A stretch of DNA of 64,000 nt from Ostrea edulis. Lineage: Eukaryota. Position 1 is the first letter of the stretch, and every line of letters begins with the position of its first letter. A model generated the notes under the pieces. The model worked only from the letters and a program-made list of their open reading frames with translations. It had not been told where the DNA came from and ran no database searches. The translations under genes were made by a program, and so were the position numbers. Below, in pieces: positions 63,503 through 64,000 of the stretch. Location: the NCBI RefSeq assembly GCF_947568905.1, contig NC_079170.1, forward strand, positions 20,398,001 to 20,462,000, written 5' to 3'.

Positions 63503-64000
63503 GTATTCTTTAATATGATTATTCATTCCTTCTGAAAAACTATGAACCTGTCACAAAGGGACTTACACCTTTACGGGGAACCCCCAACCTGGGTAGGTTG
63601 GAAACTATAAACATTGATAGAGATCAATTTTATTAAGAAACCAGGTGAAAATCAATCACTTATCAATATTGTTTGGAGACCGTTTTTCTAGCTTTTCACA
63701 AGACCTTTTTAAGTCTCCAAAATTAAACGAGATCATCCATTTTCCGCAACGAATGTATTCTAAGTATTGTATTTGTAAACGAAATAACGTAGTAACTATA
63801 GCATTTCTTTTATATCTTCAATTATACATAATTCATCAACTTTACTTGATCTTCAAAATTTGGACTGAAAGTTCAGCATGGGTTTTTTGAAATTAATTAA
63901 ATACTATTAGAAGTTTTTGTTCAAAGTATCATTTCTAGAGGTGAAAACGAAATCAGTTTCAGCTAGATGTTAAATATGTTTTGTTTTATCAGTGCCCTGT

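Larger units (their letters stand above)
56140..63620 (+). repeat. Segmental duplication, copy 2
   Basis: See copy 1; the offset at the left edge is 56139 bp. Confidence 0.95.

Overview
AT-rich, repeat-dense eukaryotic genomic DNA. It is most likely an oyster (Ostreidae); this is inferred from Helentron-type elements carrying ~165-bp Cg170-like repeats, Kolobok-like MITEs and a bivalve-style secreted C1q gene. The host genes form a small innate-immune cluster. (1) A two-exon secreted C1q-domain gene (9157-9346 + 11765-12174, 199 aa), plus exon 1 of a paralog at 63308 inside a direct segmental duplication (1-9.4 kb repeated at 56.1-63.6 kb). (2) A three-member family of 72-codon secreted, cationic 8-Cys peptides: intact at 29860 (+) and 53694 (-), and a pseudogene at 49316 (+) that the ORF track misses. 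All three share a TATA box, a non-coding exon 1, an intron ending flush against the ATG, and the spacing C-x5-C-x2-C-x3-C-x9-C-x5-CP-x6-C-x-C. That spacing looks like a miniaturised macin/CS-alpha-beta peptide, not a known oyster defensin, and is the best candidate for an undescribed system here. The rest is mobile DNA: about 20 Penelope-like (Naiad-type) RT/3'-UTR fragments, CR1/L2/L1-group LINE pieces, a Tc1/mariner element, TTAA-flanked Kolobok-like elements, Helentron HINEs, tRNA-derived SINEs, a 9.8-kb CACTA-like element without a visible transposase, and hammerhead-ribozyme retrozyme-like repeats with a 351-nt period. TE boundaries without TIR/TSD evidence are approximate. No searches were run; family assignments are by motif recognition.
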